DNA of 64,000 bases from Azolla caroliniana. Its lineage: Eukaryota > Plantae > Polypodiophyta. The notes under the pieces are model-generated. The model was not told the origin of the DNA. It saw only the letters and a program-made list of their open reading frames with translations, and ran no database searches. Both the position numbers and the translations under genes were made by a program. The DNA is taken from NCBI GenBank assembly GCA_043228905.1, contig JBHGNT010000004.1, positions 9,672,001 to 9,736,000 of the forward strand, given 5' to 3'. How positions within the stretch are numbered: position 1 is the stretch's first letter; each line of letters opens with the position of its first letter. This document shows, piece by piece, positions 26,788-41,516 of the stretch.

Positions 26788-27915
26788 GTCCAGCCAAAAT
26801 AGGAGTCGTTTGGTTAGAGAGCCCTAGATCTGTGCAGCTCATTAGTGGTTTCATTCCCTCTAAGCAAGTTAACAATGTGTTCTTAGCCCAAGTAACCGTT
26901 AGTACTAAAAGTACCTCTCCAGTACATGTCTCAACACTCCTAGATTTCGGAGCTAATTCTTGCTTCATGGATAAGAATTTTGCCCAAGATCATTAGATAT
27001 CCCTAAGAAAACTCCCGTGTCCAGCCTCTATGGTAGTCATTGATGATCGTCCTATTGCTTCCGGTGTCGTGAAGATCCGTCACCACGTGCGGATCGTGAG
27101 GCGGAACCGCCGGGGTTCTGGATTGGAGGGACTCGAAGTTTGCACAAGCTTTAGCGAGAAAGGAATTAAGATAGATTCAGAGAGAGAGATTGAGATAAGA
27201 TAGAACGATTGACTTTAGATTGAGAGAGATTAAGATTGAACTCTTGACTTTACATTTGAAGAACAAGATTGATACATCAATTGGATATTGAATTTCTTAC
27301 TTTTAATTTATTGATTAATACATCAATTGGATAACAAATTTTCTTCTTAATATTAATTTTGATATAAAGTACAAAGCTCCCTTTGATATTTTTCATCCAC
27401 CCTTTTATAGATGCTCCCATGCATATGATGCATGTGAGGTTACAAGACATGCATACAATGCATGGAATGCATGTGATGCATGTTTGTCATTTGGCGCTCA
27501 TGCATCACATGTCATGAGATCAAGCTCTAATATGAGAATTTACATGTAAAGCTATAATAATAAAAATATAATACCTAAAGAAATGACTTGGCTTAATGGT
27601 AAGCCTATTATTTCCTATCTTGGAGGTGTAAAGTTCGAGTTTTGCTTACATCTTTTTCTTTTATGCACAAAATACTATTAGGCTTTTGGACCAAATATCT
27701 TTGAGACACCATGCACCGCGATCAACCGACCTGACCGATCCATCCAATTTGCATCCGTTTGTCCAGCCCAATCCGCATCCCGAGTAGCTTGCCGGTAACC
27801 GTCTGGTCGCCGGTTGCTGCCGATTTTGGTTGGCCAAAAACTTTTACAAGTCACTTGCCAGTAACCGGCTGGTCGTTGCTTGCCGCCGGCTCACCGGTTC
27901 CATCGTCGGTTGCCG

Positions 27916-29883
27916 CGTATTGGCTCGTACTTTATCGAATACATCGGCATAATGATGATACTTCTTTGGAAGCTGAACGGTGGACTCCTCTTTAATGGTG
28001 TCGGAGGGTTTTAGTGATATTGCGAAGAGAAACATTTCTTCCTTGCGTCCTTCTTCCCGCAACTGATGTAGTGAAATGGTGGCAATCTTCTGAGTAGATC
28101 CTCGGGTTTGTCAACACTGGATTTCTCTTGTTCTCCAATCTATGTCTGGGTTATGTAACTCGAACCATGGTAATCCCAAAACGATGGGATGTTCTGGGAT
28201 ACTAATAATGTTAAATGATACTACACATGCTAAGTTATCTAGGACAATATTAACGGGTTCTGACTCTTCTATGATATTTCCGGAAGCAATGGGACGACCA
28301 TCAATGACGACTACAGAGGCTGGACACGGGAGTTTTCTAAGAGATATCTGATGAGCTTGGGCAAAATTCCTATCCATAAAGCAAGAATTAGCTCCGGAGT
28401 CTAGAAGTGCTAAGACTTGTACTGGAGGGGTACTTTTAGTACTAACTGTTACTTGGGCTATGAACACATTGCTAACTTGCTTAGAGGGAATGGAACCACT
28501 AATGGGATGCATAGATCTAGGGTTGTCCAACCAAACGGCTCCTATTTTGGCTGGACTTAATCGTTTAACTCTTCTTCTAACTGACTAAGGACATCAAATT
28601 TGTTTGCTAGATCTAGGCTATTAGTACTATTAGTACTATCAGATATCCCTACTTTAATAGGCTCGGGTTTAGTACAATTAGAACTAGCAACTATTTGGTT
28701 TACCTGTCTTCTTGGCCTATGGGGACAATTTATTGTGATGTGTCCTGGTCCACCGCAGTAGAGACATAGTCGATTTGTTCGGCGTTGCTGCTTTTCTTCT
28801 TCGGATAATGGTCCTCGACGACGTGTAGTGTCAATCTCCATCGGAGTCGAAGTATTCACTGGAGGCGCATTATAGTACTCCCCAGGTAAAGGTTTTGCTA
28901 CCATTGAGGCGTAGGTGGGCTCTGATCTTGCCCTCGGCATCTGTAGCTGTCGTTCCGAACGTCGCTCAAAGAGGCGGTTATCACATCTCACCGCACGATT
29001 GATTGCTTTTGTTAAGGACTTTGGCTCTTCAAGGAAAGTCGAGAGTAAATCCTTGACATCGTTGCGTAAACCATAATGAAATTGCTCCATCAACGCTTGA
29101 TCATCCCAAGGGATGTCAGCGGCGAGTAGGCAGAAATCTGCAGCGTATGCGGAGGCTAGACGGTCTCCTTGGCGTAATCGCCGGATTTTGTTGATTGCGG
29201 TCCTTATGCTATCAGTATCCCCAAAGCATGCTTTAAACTCACCTATAAACTCTTCAAAGTTGTTGAGTAATGGAGACTCCTTTCCCAACAGTGGAGCGAA
29301 CCATGCCAACGTTGAGCCACTTAATAGCGTCCCTACTAAACCCACTGGTGATGCATCGGTAGGATATTGGGAAGGATGCATTGAATAACTAATCGTACCT
29401 GATTAAGGAACCCTCTAAACTGCGATCGTGTTCCATCGAACTTCGTGGGAAGGCCAATCTTGGGTTCCTTATGAATCCCTTGTGTTCCAGGGCCTTGTTG
29501 TTGCATCGCTACGATGGTTGCTTCGAGTTGTTGCATGCGTAATGCAAGTTCCCCATGTTGTTGTTGCATTTGCTGCTTTTCTAAGGAGATTTGTTGAAGA
29601 TCCCCTAGCAATCGTTGATTTTCTTGTTCCAAAGCAAGGAACTTCTCTTTCAAGCATTGAAACTCCGAGAAAACAGATTGATATTCCCGAGCGCTAACTG
29701 TGGGCATGGGATGAAAAGAAAAGAGGAATAAGAGATTAGTATGAAGGTAGAGAGACAGAAGGGAAAATTGGTTCAAACTATCAGGAATAGTACTAAACAG
29801 AGAGAGAATTAGTACTAGAGAAGGGAAGTACTATTAGAACTAAGAGGACGGGACTGCATAAGACTCCCGAGAGAGGAAGAGAG

Positions 29884-29934
<51 letters not shown>

Positions 29935-30225
29935 GATAACTGATTATATATTATAAGAAGAGTAAGTACAAAAGGTTTATGAGGCTAAAGACTGGCGTTG
30001 AACCAATTTGGTTCAAGATAATGCCTAGTGCCTCTTTTATAGTGTTCTCAGGAGTTATCTTGAAGCTTGTAGAATGTTCCAGAGAAATCTGGAATATACA
30101 TTAATTTCCTATAATAAAATGTAAACGAAAATAATATCTTACGTATTACAATAGATGGTATAATGGTCAGGAACTTGACCCATATAACCTAAGGTCATGG
30201 GTTCGAGTCTTGCCATATCATGAGA
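27916..30225 (-). mobile_element. Tcn1-like element 3: 5' LTR 29779-30225, gag 28557-29708, protease 28111-28530; remainder deleted
   Basis: Close paralogue of element 2; LLDSGANSCFM protease. Confidence 0.88.
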
Positions 30226-33168
30226 ACAATCCTTTATTATGCTTCTCTCTTCGCCGCATGTATTAGTTTCGACCTTCGGTTCTTCGCCATCACCTCCCGT
30301 CTCTTGGGTCTTACATTGGTTCTCGGACGTAATTGCCCAAGTCTCTGGAACAAGTGTGGAGAAAATTTGGCCGTCGTCATTGGTTGTATTATCTTGGTCC
30401 TTCTCTTCCTTTTTGCCACCATCCGTCTCTTGGGTCTCACGTTGGTTCCCAAACGCAACTACCCAAGTCTCTAGATGAAATGTTAGGAAAGTCTCCACAT
30501 GACCATCCGCCATCGGCTCGTTCATAGCCATCTCTGACTCGATGTCGTTTTTCGTGGCTATCTCTTCAATCTCATGGGCCTCGCACCCATTGACCCTCTT
30601 GATCGATCAAGCTTCGATTATCCTTCTCTCTTCGTCGCATGTATTCTTTTCGACCTTCCGTCTCTTGGTTCTCACGTTGGTTCTTTGACTCAACTGCCCA
30701 AGTCTCTGGAACATGTGTGGAGAAAATCTGGCCATGGTCGTTGTCGACGCTTGTGGTCTTGTTCATAGTCACCTCCTCAATGTCCTTTTTAGCGGCTAGA
30801 TCCTCAATTACACTAACCTCGGACTCTTTATCTCCATTGATGCAAGCTTCGATTAGGCTTGCTTCTTCATCATCCAATGTTTCGAACACGACGCGCGTTC
30901 TGAAACATTCATCCTCCCTCTAAGTGGCCTTCTCCATCCCCGAGTCATCATCAATCTTCTTTTCATGTAGGTTGCTTTGTTTAGACGCCTCAACTTCTTT
31001 AGGTGTTCTTGATTTTTCTATGCTTGGTCTTACAAAGTCAATATCATCAAGCCATTAATGACTCATGTCGATCTTGTTGCATGCTTGCTTCACCGCAACC
31101 CAGTCCGCTACAAGCCCGTTCGCTTGGGTATAATCTTCGAGGAGAGTCCCCAACTCTCTCCTATCCTTCATTTCCACAGCTTTCAAGAAGTACAAAGTCT
31201 TGTCCTCCTCAACTAGCACTTGGTCCATGGCTGGGAGACGACGAAACATTTGGTCGAACTCATCGTACACCCTCGAGGCGCGCATCTTCTTATTTTTCTT
31301 CTCTAACCACCTCATCAAGGTATGTCGAGTCATCCTCGACAATCTTCCATCGAGAACTCTGCTAATATTGATCTTTCAAACTCTGATCACGTTGTCTTGC
31401 CTTCTTGAAGCTCGATGACACGTTTTTGGATGTTGTTGACAACAACTCTCTTGAAGCTTGCGATTTGACGTGCTTCGGACACGTCCCTTTGATTCATCTC
31501 CCTTCTATATGCGTCAAGGACCTTCGTAATGTTCCTTCCGTCAAATTGAACCTCGAGCTCAATGATACAGTCGACAGCCTTCTCCACGCTCGCATCGTTG
31601 TCTCGAGATCTCATCATTTGTTCGAAGATTATCATCATCCTTTCGAACTCTCCCGCTTGATTGCTTGAGGACGCCATCTCCAAGTATTGGTTGATCCTCG
31701 ACTTGATCCTTCCTACCACCTCTTTCACGTCGGGTTCACCACTTAATTATGTCGTGAAGATCCGTCACTACGTGTGGATCGTGAGGTGGAACCGTCGAGG
31801 TTCGGAACCAGAAGGACTCGAAGTTTGCACAAGCTTTAGCGAGAAAGTGTCATGGACAAGTATAATAGAGTAGAACAAAGATAAGACTAGAGAATAAGAG
31901 AGAGTAAAAGAACAAGAACTCAACTTATAGAACCTGTAACTTGTGTTGTTCACCTTGATTAGAATCAAGGTGCACATGAGTATTTATACAAGAAGGTAGG
32001 TCTATGTAAGCCATCTAGAAATAGAGTATGCATGAGGATGCATGCAAGCTAGAAAATGAGAATACATGCAAGCTAGGAACTTCGAATGTTCAATCTACAC
32101 TATATGAAGTTGAATTAAATGTAAGGATGCATATGTAGCTCAAGTGGTAGGGTTGCCCAATAGAGACCATGAGGTCTTGGGTTCCATCCCTACCTTCTTT
32201 CGTGGCATATGTCTATGACATTATCCTCCCTCTAAGGCCGCCTCCTAACACCTGCCACCGGTTTATGGGGGTATCGTTGATGAAAAGCACGAATTGCCTC
32301 CGGTGCATTTTGTAAATGTGTAATTGGTTCCCATGTGGCGTCCGAAAGAGGGTAACCTTTCCATAAGACCAGGTATTGAAGTCTGCTCGACGCAAGCGAG
32401 AGTCGAGGATCCAGTCAACCTCATACTCCTCACCTGTCGATAATTCCACGGGCGGCGGCGGAGGAGGTTGTCGTCCCGAAATGTGAGAAGGATGATAGAG
32501 TTCGAGGAGAGAGACGTGGAAAACATTGTGAAGCCGAAATGTGGGGGGAAGCGATAACCGGAAAGCGACTGGGTTAACACGCTCGAGGATACAGAATGGG
32601 CCTAGCTTTTAGTAGTCAAGCTTCGCACAGGGATGGGTGGTTGTGATGTGCCGACGTAGCAATCAAACCATGTCACCAACTGTGAAGGTCGGCACGACTA
32701 AGCGATGTTGGTCAACGTGAGCTTTATTATTATAGATCTAGGTACTAAAGTAAGATTAAGATAAGGATAAAGAAATGAAAGATAGAAAGGAGAAAGAGAA
32801 AGAAGGGTGCCGATCCACCCGACCACCCCCGAGCGAAGGGATCGAGACGGACTCGAGCCTCGATCGGCGTCCCAGACCACCGTCGTGGCGTCGAGTCGTA
32901 CCTAGTGCTGGCGCGCTCGCTACAAGAGTTGACCCACCACACAAGCAGAGTCTCGATGTAGTCAAAAGATGATCAAATGAGGGTAGCTAGGCCTCTTATT
33001 TATAGCGAAACCCAAGGCCCCCAGGCAAGTTCACACTTGACCTAATGGGTTGTCTCAATCCCGAGGATTAAAAGTAATCCTCCCCTTCTTTACACTCTCA
33101 TTTAACCCTCACACTTATCCACGTGTATAGAATACTACGGTAAATTCTTACCACGGGATATTATATGG

Positions 33169-36100
33169 TCATGCCCGTAACATACTCCCCCTCTTTAAAA
33201 CATTGCACTCTTGCAATGGAAAGTTAGGGAAGTTAGTTCTAAGAGTATTTTCGCGTTCCCATGTGGCTGATGACCCAATGCGTTTGAGGACTGTAAAAGG
33301 TCCACAAAACCGTGGGGCTAACTTAGCGCACTTACCCGTAGACAATGTCTTAGAATTGTGAGGTACACGTAAAAATACCTTCTGTCCAGGGTTGAATACA
33401 CGAGGGTGCCTATGATGATCGGCATAAAAACGCGCTCTATCTTGAGCTGTTTTTATATTATCTCGTGCAATATGCAACATATCTTGCATATCCCGAAGAA
33501 AGTTTTGCGTACTTCGCAACTCATCATGATGTATATTAACATCAATCGGGGCTCGTGGCTGAAAACCATACATCAACATAAAAGGACTATATCCCGTCGA
33601 CGTATGCTTGGAGCTGTTATAAGCAAACTCCAAAATTGGGAGATAACGTTCCCATTTTGTTGGTTTTGCACCAACGTATGCTCGAAGCATGTCCTCAATA
33701 ATTTGATTTACTCGTTCTGTCTGTCCATCGGATTGAGGATGATCCGTGGAGCTCATGCTCAACGTAGTTTCTAACTTCTTAAAGACTTGTGTCCAGAAGT
33801 CACTAGTAAACTTTGGATCTCGATCACTCACGATATCCATCGGTAACCCATAAAAACAAAACAATTCGTCAACGAATTGGTAAGCCAATTCAAGAGCTGT
33901 TACCGTGGTTTTAGTAGCAATAAATCTGGCCATTTTAGTTAGTCGATCAACGACAACCCAGATGGCATCATGACCTTTTTGGGTGCGAGGAAGGCTAACA
34001 ATAAAATCCATGGATATACTTTCCCACTTATTATTGGGAATGTCCAAGGGATGTAAAAGTCCTGCGGCTTTAAGTCGCTCGGCTTTGTTAACCTGGCACT
34101 GGTGACATTTAGTCACATAGCTATGTATGTCAGGACGCATCTTAGGCCAATAAAATTGAGTGGAGATGAGAACGAGTGTACGATGTATTCCAGGGTGCCC
34201 TGCTGAGGGTGCATCATGGCATTCAAAAAGAATCCTCTTTTTGACCTCGGGTAAATCTGGAACACAAACCTTCCCATTACGGTAGAGCAAACCGTTAGCA
34301 ATGTGGAAGTATTCCTTCAAGGATGTGGTGGTGTCTGTTCCAGACTCAACTCTAGCCCAATATTTTGCGAAATAATTGTCATCAGGATACTTTCCTCGAA
34401 GGTGATCATAAAGATCTGATGATATTGCAGTGAAGCTAAGCATGTTAACTTCACGGATGCGACTTAGTGCATCAGCGACAGTGTTCATGGAACCTTTACG
34501 ATATCGTATGGAAAAATCAAAGTCCTGGATGAGATCAGCCCATCGTGCCTTACGACCTTTCAGGTCTTGTTGGTCACAAAAATATTTCAAGGACTCGTGG
34601 TCCGTAGTTACCACAAAGTGATTTCCATAAAGATAATGGCGCCATGTTTTGAGCGCATGTATAACTGCAAATAATTCCTTTTCTTGAACGGTATACCGAC
34701 ATTGAGCAGAATCAAGTTTCTTACTCTCGAATGTTATTGGTTTACCATCTTGATACAAGACAGCACCTATAGCATAATCGCTTGCATCGGTTTCAACCTC
34801 AAAAGGTTTTGAAGGATTGGGTAAAAGAAGTGAAGGAGCCTTGCAAACCAGGTCCTTGAGTTCCTTAAAGGCAAGGTCTAGTGTAGCATTCCACACAATA
34901 GGTTTTGTAGACTTACGCGTTTGACCTTTTAAAAGATCAGTAAACGACGTCGTCAATTGGGAGTAATTACGAAGAGACTTTCGCAAAAACCCCACAAAAC
35001 CAAGGAATGATCGAACTTCTCGAATATTCCGAAGAGTGGGCCAGAGCTTGATTTTCTCAATGCGAGAAGGATCAATTTCAACTCCTCGTTCGGTTATGAG
35101 ATGTCCTAGATAAGTAATTGATTTCTTGAAGAACTCACATTTTGAGATCTTCGCATAAAACTGTTTGTCACGCAATGTTTGTAAAACAAAGCGGACATGT
35201 CTAGCATGTTCTTGTAATGTACGGCTATAAACTAAAATATCCTCCAAGAAAATAACGACAAATTTTCCAAGTTGTTCTCGGAAAATGTCATTCATTTCTT
35301 GTTGAAAAGTAGCCGGAGCATTGGTCAAACCAAAAGGCATAACCAAAAACTCGTAATGGCCATAGCGCGTACGAAATGCTGTTTTAGGAACATCGTCCTC
35401 ACTTATTCGTATTTGATGGTAGCCAGTACGGAGATCAAGTTTCGTAAAATACCGAGCTCCCTGGAGACGGTCAATTAGATCGTCAGCCCGAGGCAATGGA
35501 TACGAATTCTTGATCGTCACTTTATTCAAGCGTCGGTAATTAATACACATACGCCATGTGCCCTCTTTCTTTTTAACCAAGAGAACTGGTGCACCCCATG
35601 GAGATTTACTATAACGTATATAACCCATTCGTAAATAGTCCTTGAGTTGCTTAGATACCTCATCTTCTTCGGATCGACTTAAGCGATACGGAGGTATACT
35701 TATTGGTGCAACACCGGGTACAATATCTATACGATGGTCTATATTACGTTTAGGAGGTAACCCATTAGGTAGTTCACTTGGAAAAACATCATGAAAATCA
35801 TTTAAGATTTCATCAAGTTGTTGTTGTTCAAAATATGTTAATTGAATCGGGACATTATCGATATTGTAAACGTGAATGTCCGGATCAAGTACACAATAAA
35901 ATAACATAGAACAAGACAACTCGGATATTGATGGACATGAGGAAACAATCGAGAGGGATTGTTTTTTTACACATTGAATAAAATGCGTACAATCGTTTAG
36001 TACAAAAGAAATGGAATGACGAACCCAATCAATAAATAAAGAAGAGTTTTTATTATAAAACCAGGGATAACCCAGTATTACATCGGTGGTACAAAGATTC

Positions 36101-37362
36101 ATTACATGGAAGTCTACTTCCTCTATATAAGTATCAATAGAAATTCCTAATGAATGAATCGCCCCGTTGATGTATTGTACTCTTCCATCAGCCAAGTGCA
36201 CCGTGTAGGTGTGATCACTTACGGTGGGTTGGATTCCCCATATCTGAACCAAACGATCATTCACAAAATTGTGTGAGCTTCCCGAATCAAATAAAAACTG
36301 TACGGGAGATCCATTGATATACCCGTTTGCACGTAGTAAATCATTGGGACCCAATACATAGTGAGGGAAAGAACATTGACAATTACTTAAATGATGTGTA
36401 TAGACCTGAAGGACATTAGGAATCTGACCTTTATGGTCTGCAGCTTTAGCTTTGTTGTCGTGCTCTTTCCGTTGGAGCTTTCGACATTGATCTTTTGTAT
36501 GACCCTTCTTTTTGCAGAATACACAAAAAGGATGTTGTCGCTTACAATCGCGATCCAGGAATTCGTTGGGTGTCTTGCGTTTCCCAACAAATTGCGACTG
36601 CTTAGTCCCGGGCGCTTCGTTGGGTTTGTTATGGTCCTTCTTCGAAGTGCGTTGATAGCGAAGAACTATTTCAACGGCCTCTTCGAAGGATTTTGGATCC
36701 TTATCGTGCACTATCCAGTGATAGTCCGAATTGGGGATGCCATTGACAAAACAAGCTATCAACCAATTGTCCCCTTCTAGACCCGATTTTTGGATTTGGG
36801 TTCTAGCATGGTGAACATAGTCTTCTAGCGAGGAAAATTTCCTGCTAGAGAGGTTCATTAAAGCTTCTGCTGCCTCGGTTCGAGAGGGAGGTTGCAGAAA
36901 TTGGCCCTTAAAAACCGTGACAAAATCTGTCCAGGTATCGGGCAATTTCCCCATAGTACGGAGGCCATGCCACCAGGCGGCGGCCTTACCCCCGAGTTCT
37001 CGACTGACATATGCAATCTTCGTACTATCTGGCGTGGGATAGAGCTCAAAATGAGACTCCCATCGTCCCAGCCATGTGCAGATTGCTTCTTCGGTTCTTT
37101 CCTTTTTGTCTCCCGTAAATGGCTTAACGACAAATGATGGTTCACCTTGTCGCTCATCAGGTCTATTAGTCTCACGTTGTAGACTAATGACACGTGCCTC
37201 AAGAGCACTCTGAGATTGCCGAAGTTCGGTCATCTGTTGAGCGGTGAAACTAAGGTATTGGGTTATTTGTGCCAAATACATCTCAGTGGACATTTGTCCA
37301 GGAGGATTCCCTTGAGTTCCTTCCGCTTGAGCGGATGACATCGGGTCGTTAATTTGAGCCAT
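33169..37362 (-). CDS. Gag-Pol polyprotein of element Y (1397 aa); RT motif is FLED and the chromodomain is deleted
   Basis: [73 protein letters not shown]. Confidence 0.93.
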   Translation of the reverse strand: MAQINDPMSSAQAEGTQGNPPGQMSTEMYLAQITQYLSFTAQQMTELRQSQSALEARVISLQRETNRPDERQGEPSFVVKPFTGDKKERTEEAICTWLGRWESHFELYPTPDSTKIAYVSRELGGKAAAWWHGLRTMGKLPDTWTDFVTVFKGQFLQPPSRTEAAEALMNLSSRKFSSLEDYVHHARTQIQKSGLEGDNWLIACFVNGIPNSDYHWIVHDKDPKSFEEAVEIVLRYQRTSKKDHNKPNEAPGTKQSQFVGKRKTPNEFLDRDCKRQHPFCVFCKKKGHTKDQCRKLQRKEHDNKAKAADHKGQIPNVLQVYTHHLSNCQCSFPHYVLGPNDLLRANGYINGSPVQFLFDSGSSHNFVNDRLVQIWGIQPTVSDHTYTVHLADGRVQYINGAIHSLGISIDTYIEEVDFHVMNLCTTDVILGYPWFYNKNSSLFIDWVRHSISFVLNDCTHFIQCVKKQSLSIVSSCPSISELSCSMLFYCVLDPDIHVYNIDNVPIQLTYFEQQQLDEILNDFHDVFPSELPNGLPPKRNIDHRIDIVPGVAPISIPPYRLSRSEEDEVSKQLKDYLRMGYIRYSKSPWGAPVLLVKKKEGTWRMCINYRRLNKVTIKNSYPLPRADDLIDRLQGARYFTKLDLRTGYHQIRISEDDVPKTAFRTRYGHYEFLVMPFGLTNAPATFQQEMNDIFREQLGKFVVIFLEDILVYSRTLQEHARHVRFVLQTLRDKQFYAKISKCEFFKKSITYLGHLITERGVEIDPSRIEKIKLWPTLRNIREVRSFLGFVGFLRKSLRNYSQLTTSFTDLLKGQTRKSTKPIVWNATLDLAFKELKDLVCKAPSLLLPNPSKPFEVETDASDYAIGAVLYQDGKPITFESKKLDSAQCRYTVQEKELFAVIHALKTWRHYLYGNHFVVTTDHESLKYFCDQQDLKGRKARWADLIQDFDFSIRYRKGSMNTVADALSRIREVNMLSFTAISSDLYDHLRGKYPDDNYFAKYWARVESGTDTTTSLKEYFHIANGLLYRNGKVCVPDLPEVKKRILFECHDAPSAGHPGIHRTLVLISTQFYWPKMRPDIHSYVTKCHQCQVNKAERLKAAGLLHPLDIPNNKWESISMDFIVSLPRTQKGHDAIWVVVDRLTKMARFIATKTTVTALELAYQFVDELFCFYGLPMDIVSDRDPKFTSDFWTQVFKKLETTLSMSSTDHPQSDGQTERVNQIIEDMLRAYVGAKPTKWERYLPILEFAYNSSKHTSTGYSPFMLMYGFQPRAPIDVNIHHDELRSTQNFLRDMQDMLHIARDNIKTAQDRARFYADHHRHPRVFNPGQKVFLRVPHNSKTLSTGKCAKLAPRFCGPFTVLKRIGSSATWERENTLRTNFPNFPLQECNVLKRGSMLRA

Positions 37363-38544
37363 TAAAGATTATTTCTGGAAAAGAAATAGGATAAGGTCAG
37401 AGATATAGTCATAACATCATGTCGTGATGTAAACATATCATGGGCGAGCATTAATCGATATCATTATCTCACGTCAATACCCCTCTAGACGTATGAGATG
37501 AGGTTCAAGATCAGGTTACTATGGTAACACAAAGGTGTTTTAAAAACCATGGGGGTGACAAATAAATGTCTTTCCCTGATCTCTATATCGATTTTTTCAT
37601 GGTGGCTCCCCGAGGCTCAACCATGTATGTTCGCGTCATGAATAGTTTATACACGAAAAAAATGTTAACAATAAACTATGTTTCGGTGCCCACATAAGTG
37701 GTTTCGGCTCTTTAAGTCCTATTACGAGGACCCCGAGGTGCACTTAGACCTTAAGTCTAAACATGTGTTATAGTCATATGTATCAAGGATGTTGTATGGT
37801 CTTTGTCATATTTGAACTCGAGACCTCGAGAACAAATACATTAAACACTTGAGCCAACCAAGTAAGTTGCTCTTCTCGAATGCTTAATGTTTGATGCGTA
37901 TAAGAGATATGCGAGGCAATTGATCATATATGTTTTTTTAAAAGAACATATATGTCAAGGGTCCTTATTGCGCCCTCATTTACCAAAACTATGTTGGTAC
38001 GTTACCTAACCTCAAGTCTCGTAATTACGATGGCATACGCCAAAGTGCAACCTAATGGTCAAGCCAAATGAGCCCTTGTTTCGTAGTAGGCTCACGTGGG
38101 CCATCACATGGTCACGTCATTACGAATGCCTCTCATAAGAACGAGCTCATGGTGGTATCGTATCCATGTAACGAGGGAGGGATGTTGGATACGTGCGTCA
38201 TTGGAGCGACCTCACTTGAAGTGGGTCAAGCCCTACGTACTCAACATCATTTTGGCTATTCGCGTTTCTTTACGTAACGAAATCGAGGTCGTCAACGGGG
38301 TTATCAACAATAAAAAAAATGTTGAAAAAGGGATGGTGACAACACCATTCTCACAAAAATGTGAGGACGGCCACCAACATCCTTTTCCCGATAAGGACAA
38401 CTTTCGATATAATCACGTAATAACGAATATACACATATGTTTACTTATCACATATATACGATCAAATACGTATATATGTGACCACATATGCCTATATTAA
38501 ACATATCGTTATATTAAATAGCCACAAATGATGTGATCGAGATA

Positions 38545-38805
38545 CGTAATCAAGGTATATACCTCTACGCACACGAAACATCCACAAATAAGAAATCATC
38601 GTAATACGCAATGGAGGTATTGACCTCTTACGCATACGAGACCAAACGCATATCGTTTACAGCAAATCAAGGTATTAAACTCATACGCAAACGTAACATA
38701 TGTTCGTGAACGTAATACGTAATTGAGGTATTAACCTCGTACGCATACGACACTCATCACATATTATCAATATGTCAAACGAGGTATTGACCTCATGCAC
38801 ATATG
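38545..38805. repeat. Array of five palindromic units GAGGTATTRACCTC with unrelated spacers, period 55-62 bp
   Basis: Cores at 38551, 38613, 38668, 38724 and 38780. Confidence 0.8.
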
Positions 38806-41516
38806 TAAACGTTTTAGATAATCAATTAAAGACCACTACAACATCATTGACTTAATGAAAAAAATTACATATAAACTAAACACATGATTAGAGTTACCGA
38901 AGTTCTTTGTTGATCGTTGTCTGGATCAAGGCCAACCGCACAACGATCGATCAGCATCAATCAAAAGACAAATGAAAAACAAAGAAACATTAGTACAAAA
39001 ATCTGATACCAAATATTATAGATCTAGGTACTAAAGTAAGCTTAAGATAAGGATAAAGAAATGAAAGATAGAAAGGAGAAAGAGAAAGAAGGGTGCCGAT
39101 CCACCCGACCACCCCCGAGCGAAGGGATCGAGACGGACTCGAGCCTCGATCGGCGTCCCATACCACCGTCGTGGCGTCGAGTCGTACCTGGTGCTGGCGC
39201 GCTTGCTACAAGAGTTGACCCACCACACGAGCAGAGTCTCGATGTAGTCAAAAGATGTCAAATGAGGGTAGCTAGGCCTCTTATTTATAGCGAAACCCAA
39301 GGCCCCCAGGCAAGTTCACACTTGACCTAATGGGTTGTCTCAATCCCGAGGATTAAAAGTAATCCTCCCCTTCTTTACACTCTCATTTAACCCTCACACC
39401 TATCCACGTGTATAGAATACTACGGTAAATTCTTACCACGGGATATTATATGGTCATGCCCGTAACATTTATACTGTTTGCCAATGGCACGGAGCTCGAG
39501 GGCGAGTTCACGATGAACATCTTGTAAGGTGTGGGCATGCTTCTCGGCCGACGGATTGATGGATATCGCCGGAATGGAAATGTTGAACCGAGGGTGGAAA
39601 CCGTAATTTGCAAAGAATGGAGAAACCTTAGTTGAGGCATGGATATTGTTATTGTAGGCAAATTTCGCCATGGCAAGGAGGTCCACCCAATCGTCTTGTT
39701 GGTAGCTAACTATACACCGGAGGTATTGTTTGAGGATTTGGTTGACTCTTTCGGTTTGACCATCCATTTGAGGGTGGTGTGTGGTTGACAAGTTCACAGA
39801 AGTCCCGAATGTGAAGTCGGCGCCAAAAGTGGGAGATAAATTGAGGACCTCGATCAGAAGTGACATCCTCAAGCAAACCGTATAACCAGACGACATTTTT
39901 CTAGAAAAAGGGTAGCTGTCTCCTCCCCCAAAATGGTTTTCGAACATGGGACAAAGAAAGCCATCTTCGAAAACCGATCAACGACCACTAGCACTGTCTC
40001 ATTGTCACCGACTTGAGGAAGGTCGGTGATAAAGTCCATGGAGAGAGAAGCCCAAGGTCAATTGGGGATTGGAAGTGGGTGTAGAAGGTCGTATGGACGA
40101 TGGTGAGCCGCTTTGGAGCGAGCACAGATGTCACAAGTTTTGATAAATTCTTTGACCAATTTCCAAGGTTGAGGCCACCAAAACCCTCGAGAAAGCAATG
40201 CCAACGTTTTGGCGACCCCAAAGTGTCCGACACAAGGATCATCATGGCGAGTTTGTAGAACTCGGAGGCGATATGGGCCAGCTGGTACTTAAAGGAGGTG
40301 ATTACGATAGAGTGGCCCATCTTGAGTTCTAAAGTGACTGATATTATAGATCTAAGTACTAAAGTAAGCTTAAGATAAGGATAAAGTAATAATAGATAGA
40401 AAGGAGAAAGAGAAAGAAGGGTTTCGATCCACCCGACCACCCCCGAGCGAAGGGATCGAGACGGACTCGAGCCTCGATCGGCGTCCCATACCACCGCCGT
40501 GGCGTCGAGTCGTACCTGGTGCTGGCGCGCTCGCTACAAGAGTTGACCCACCACACGAGCAGAGTCTCGATTTAGTCAAAAGATGATCCAATGAGGGTAG
40601 CTAGGCCTCTTATTTATAGCAATACCCAAGGCCCCCAGGCAAGTTCACACTTGACCTAATGGGTTGTCTCAATCCCGAGGATTAAAATTAATCCTCCCCT
40701 TCTTTACACTCTCGTTTAACCCTCACACTTATGCACGTGTATAGAATACTACGGTAAATTCTTACCACGGTGTCGTGATGTGGCATGTCTAGTGCGAGAA
40801 AAACTCAAAAATTGAGGATCCACACACATTTCACGAATACTTGTAAAAATGAAAATAAATAAACCTAGGTCACAATGGCATTGAGTGCATGTAGAGGGTT
40901 GTAAGTAGGATTTGAACCTTGCACCTCTACGGTAAGAGGCAATTACCTTACCACTAAAGCTACTACTAAGTGCTTTAGATGTTCTATATTTCTTTCTCAT
41001 ATTCAGTATTCCGTAGGAAACAAACGAACAAAACCGTGTACACAAAACCACGGTTTTAAGCCCATGGTTTCCTGCATGTCACAAAGCAAAACTGTGTGCA
41101 CAAAAACCATGGCTCCAAGCCCATGGTTTTGTGCATGGACAAACCTATAAAACCCCTAGTACGGCTTGTGTAAGGGGGGGCTCAATATGATATGACCATC
41201 ATCATCACCATCAATAATATAAGCTTCTATTTCTTCTTCTTCGCATCTATCTTGTAATTATTTATCTACTTCTTAAAGTGTACAATCTTCAATCTTCTCA
41301 AGTGTAATAGTTCTTCCTCCAATCTTACATTCACATCATCCTCTTCTCAATACCTTGACGGACATCCTCCTTGGTCCAAGACCCCGGTGGTCCCGCTCAA
41401 GCGAAGCACGCTCGCACGCGCATCTTCGCGACATCATTTGGTGAACCCGATGTGAAGAGTAGTAGGGGAGGACGAAGATGGATGGCGAATATCTCATGGA
41501 GGCAATGTGAAAAAGG

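Larger units (their letters stand above)
32728..39467 (-). mobile_element. Full-length iMet-primed chromovirus Y; LTRs 32728-33182 and 39014-39467; TSD TTTAT
   Basis: Near-identical ~455-bp LTRs, PBS 39002-39011, PPT beside 33182, TTTAT at 32723-32727 and 39468-39472. Confidence 0.95.

Noticed and set aside
32130-32200. Functional tRNA genes at this and the other A/B-box modules
   Set aside because: Acceptor and T stems pair poorly and there is no consistent anticodon arm; treated as promoter-like relics
37805-37870. Another tRNA-like A/B-box module on the minus strand
   Set aside because: Short spacing, weak B-box, sense orientation and outside an LTR; may be chance or a SINE relic, so not counted with the LTR modules
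38545-38805. CRISPR array
   Set aside because: Repeats are degenerate, lie inside a eukaryotic retrotransposon leader, and no cas genes are present; kept only as a repeat-spacer array
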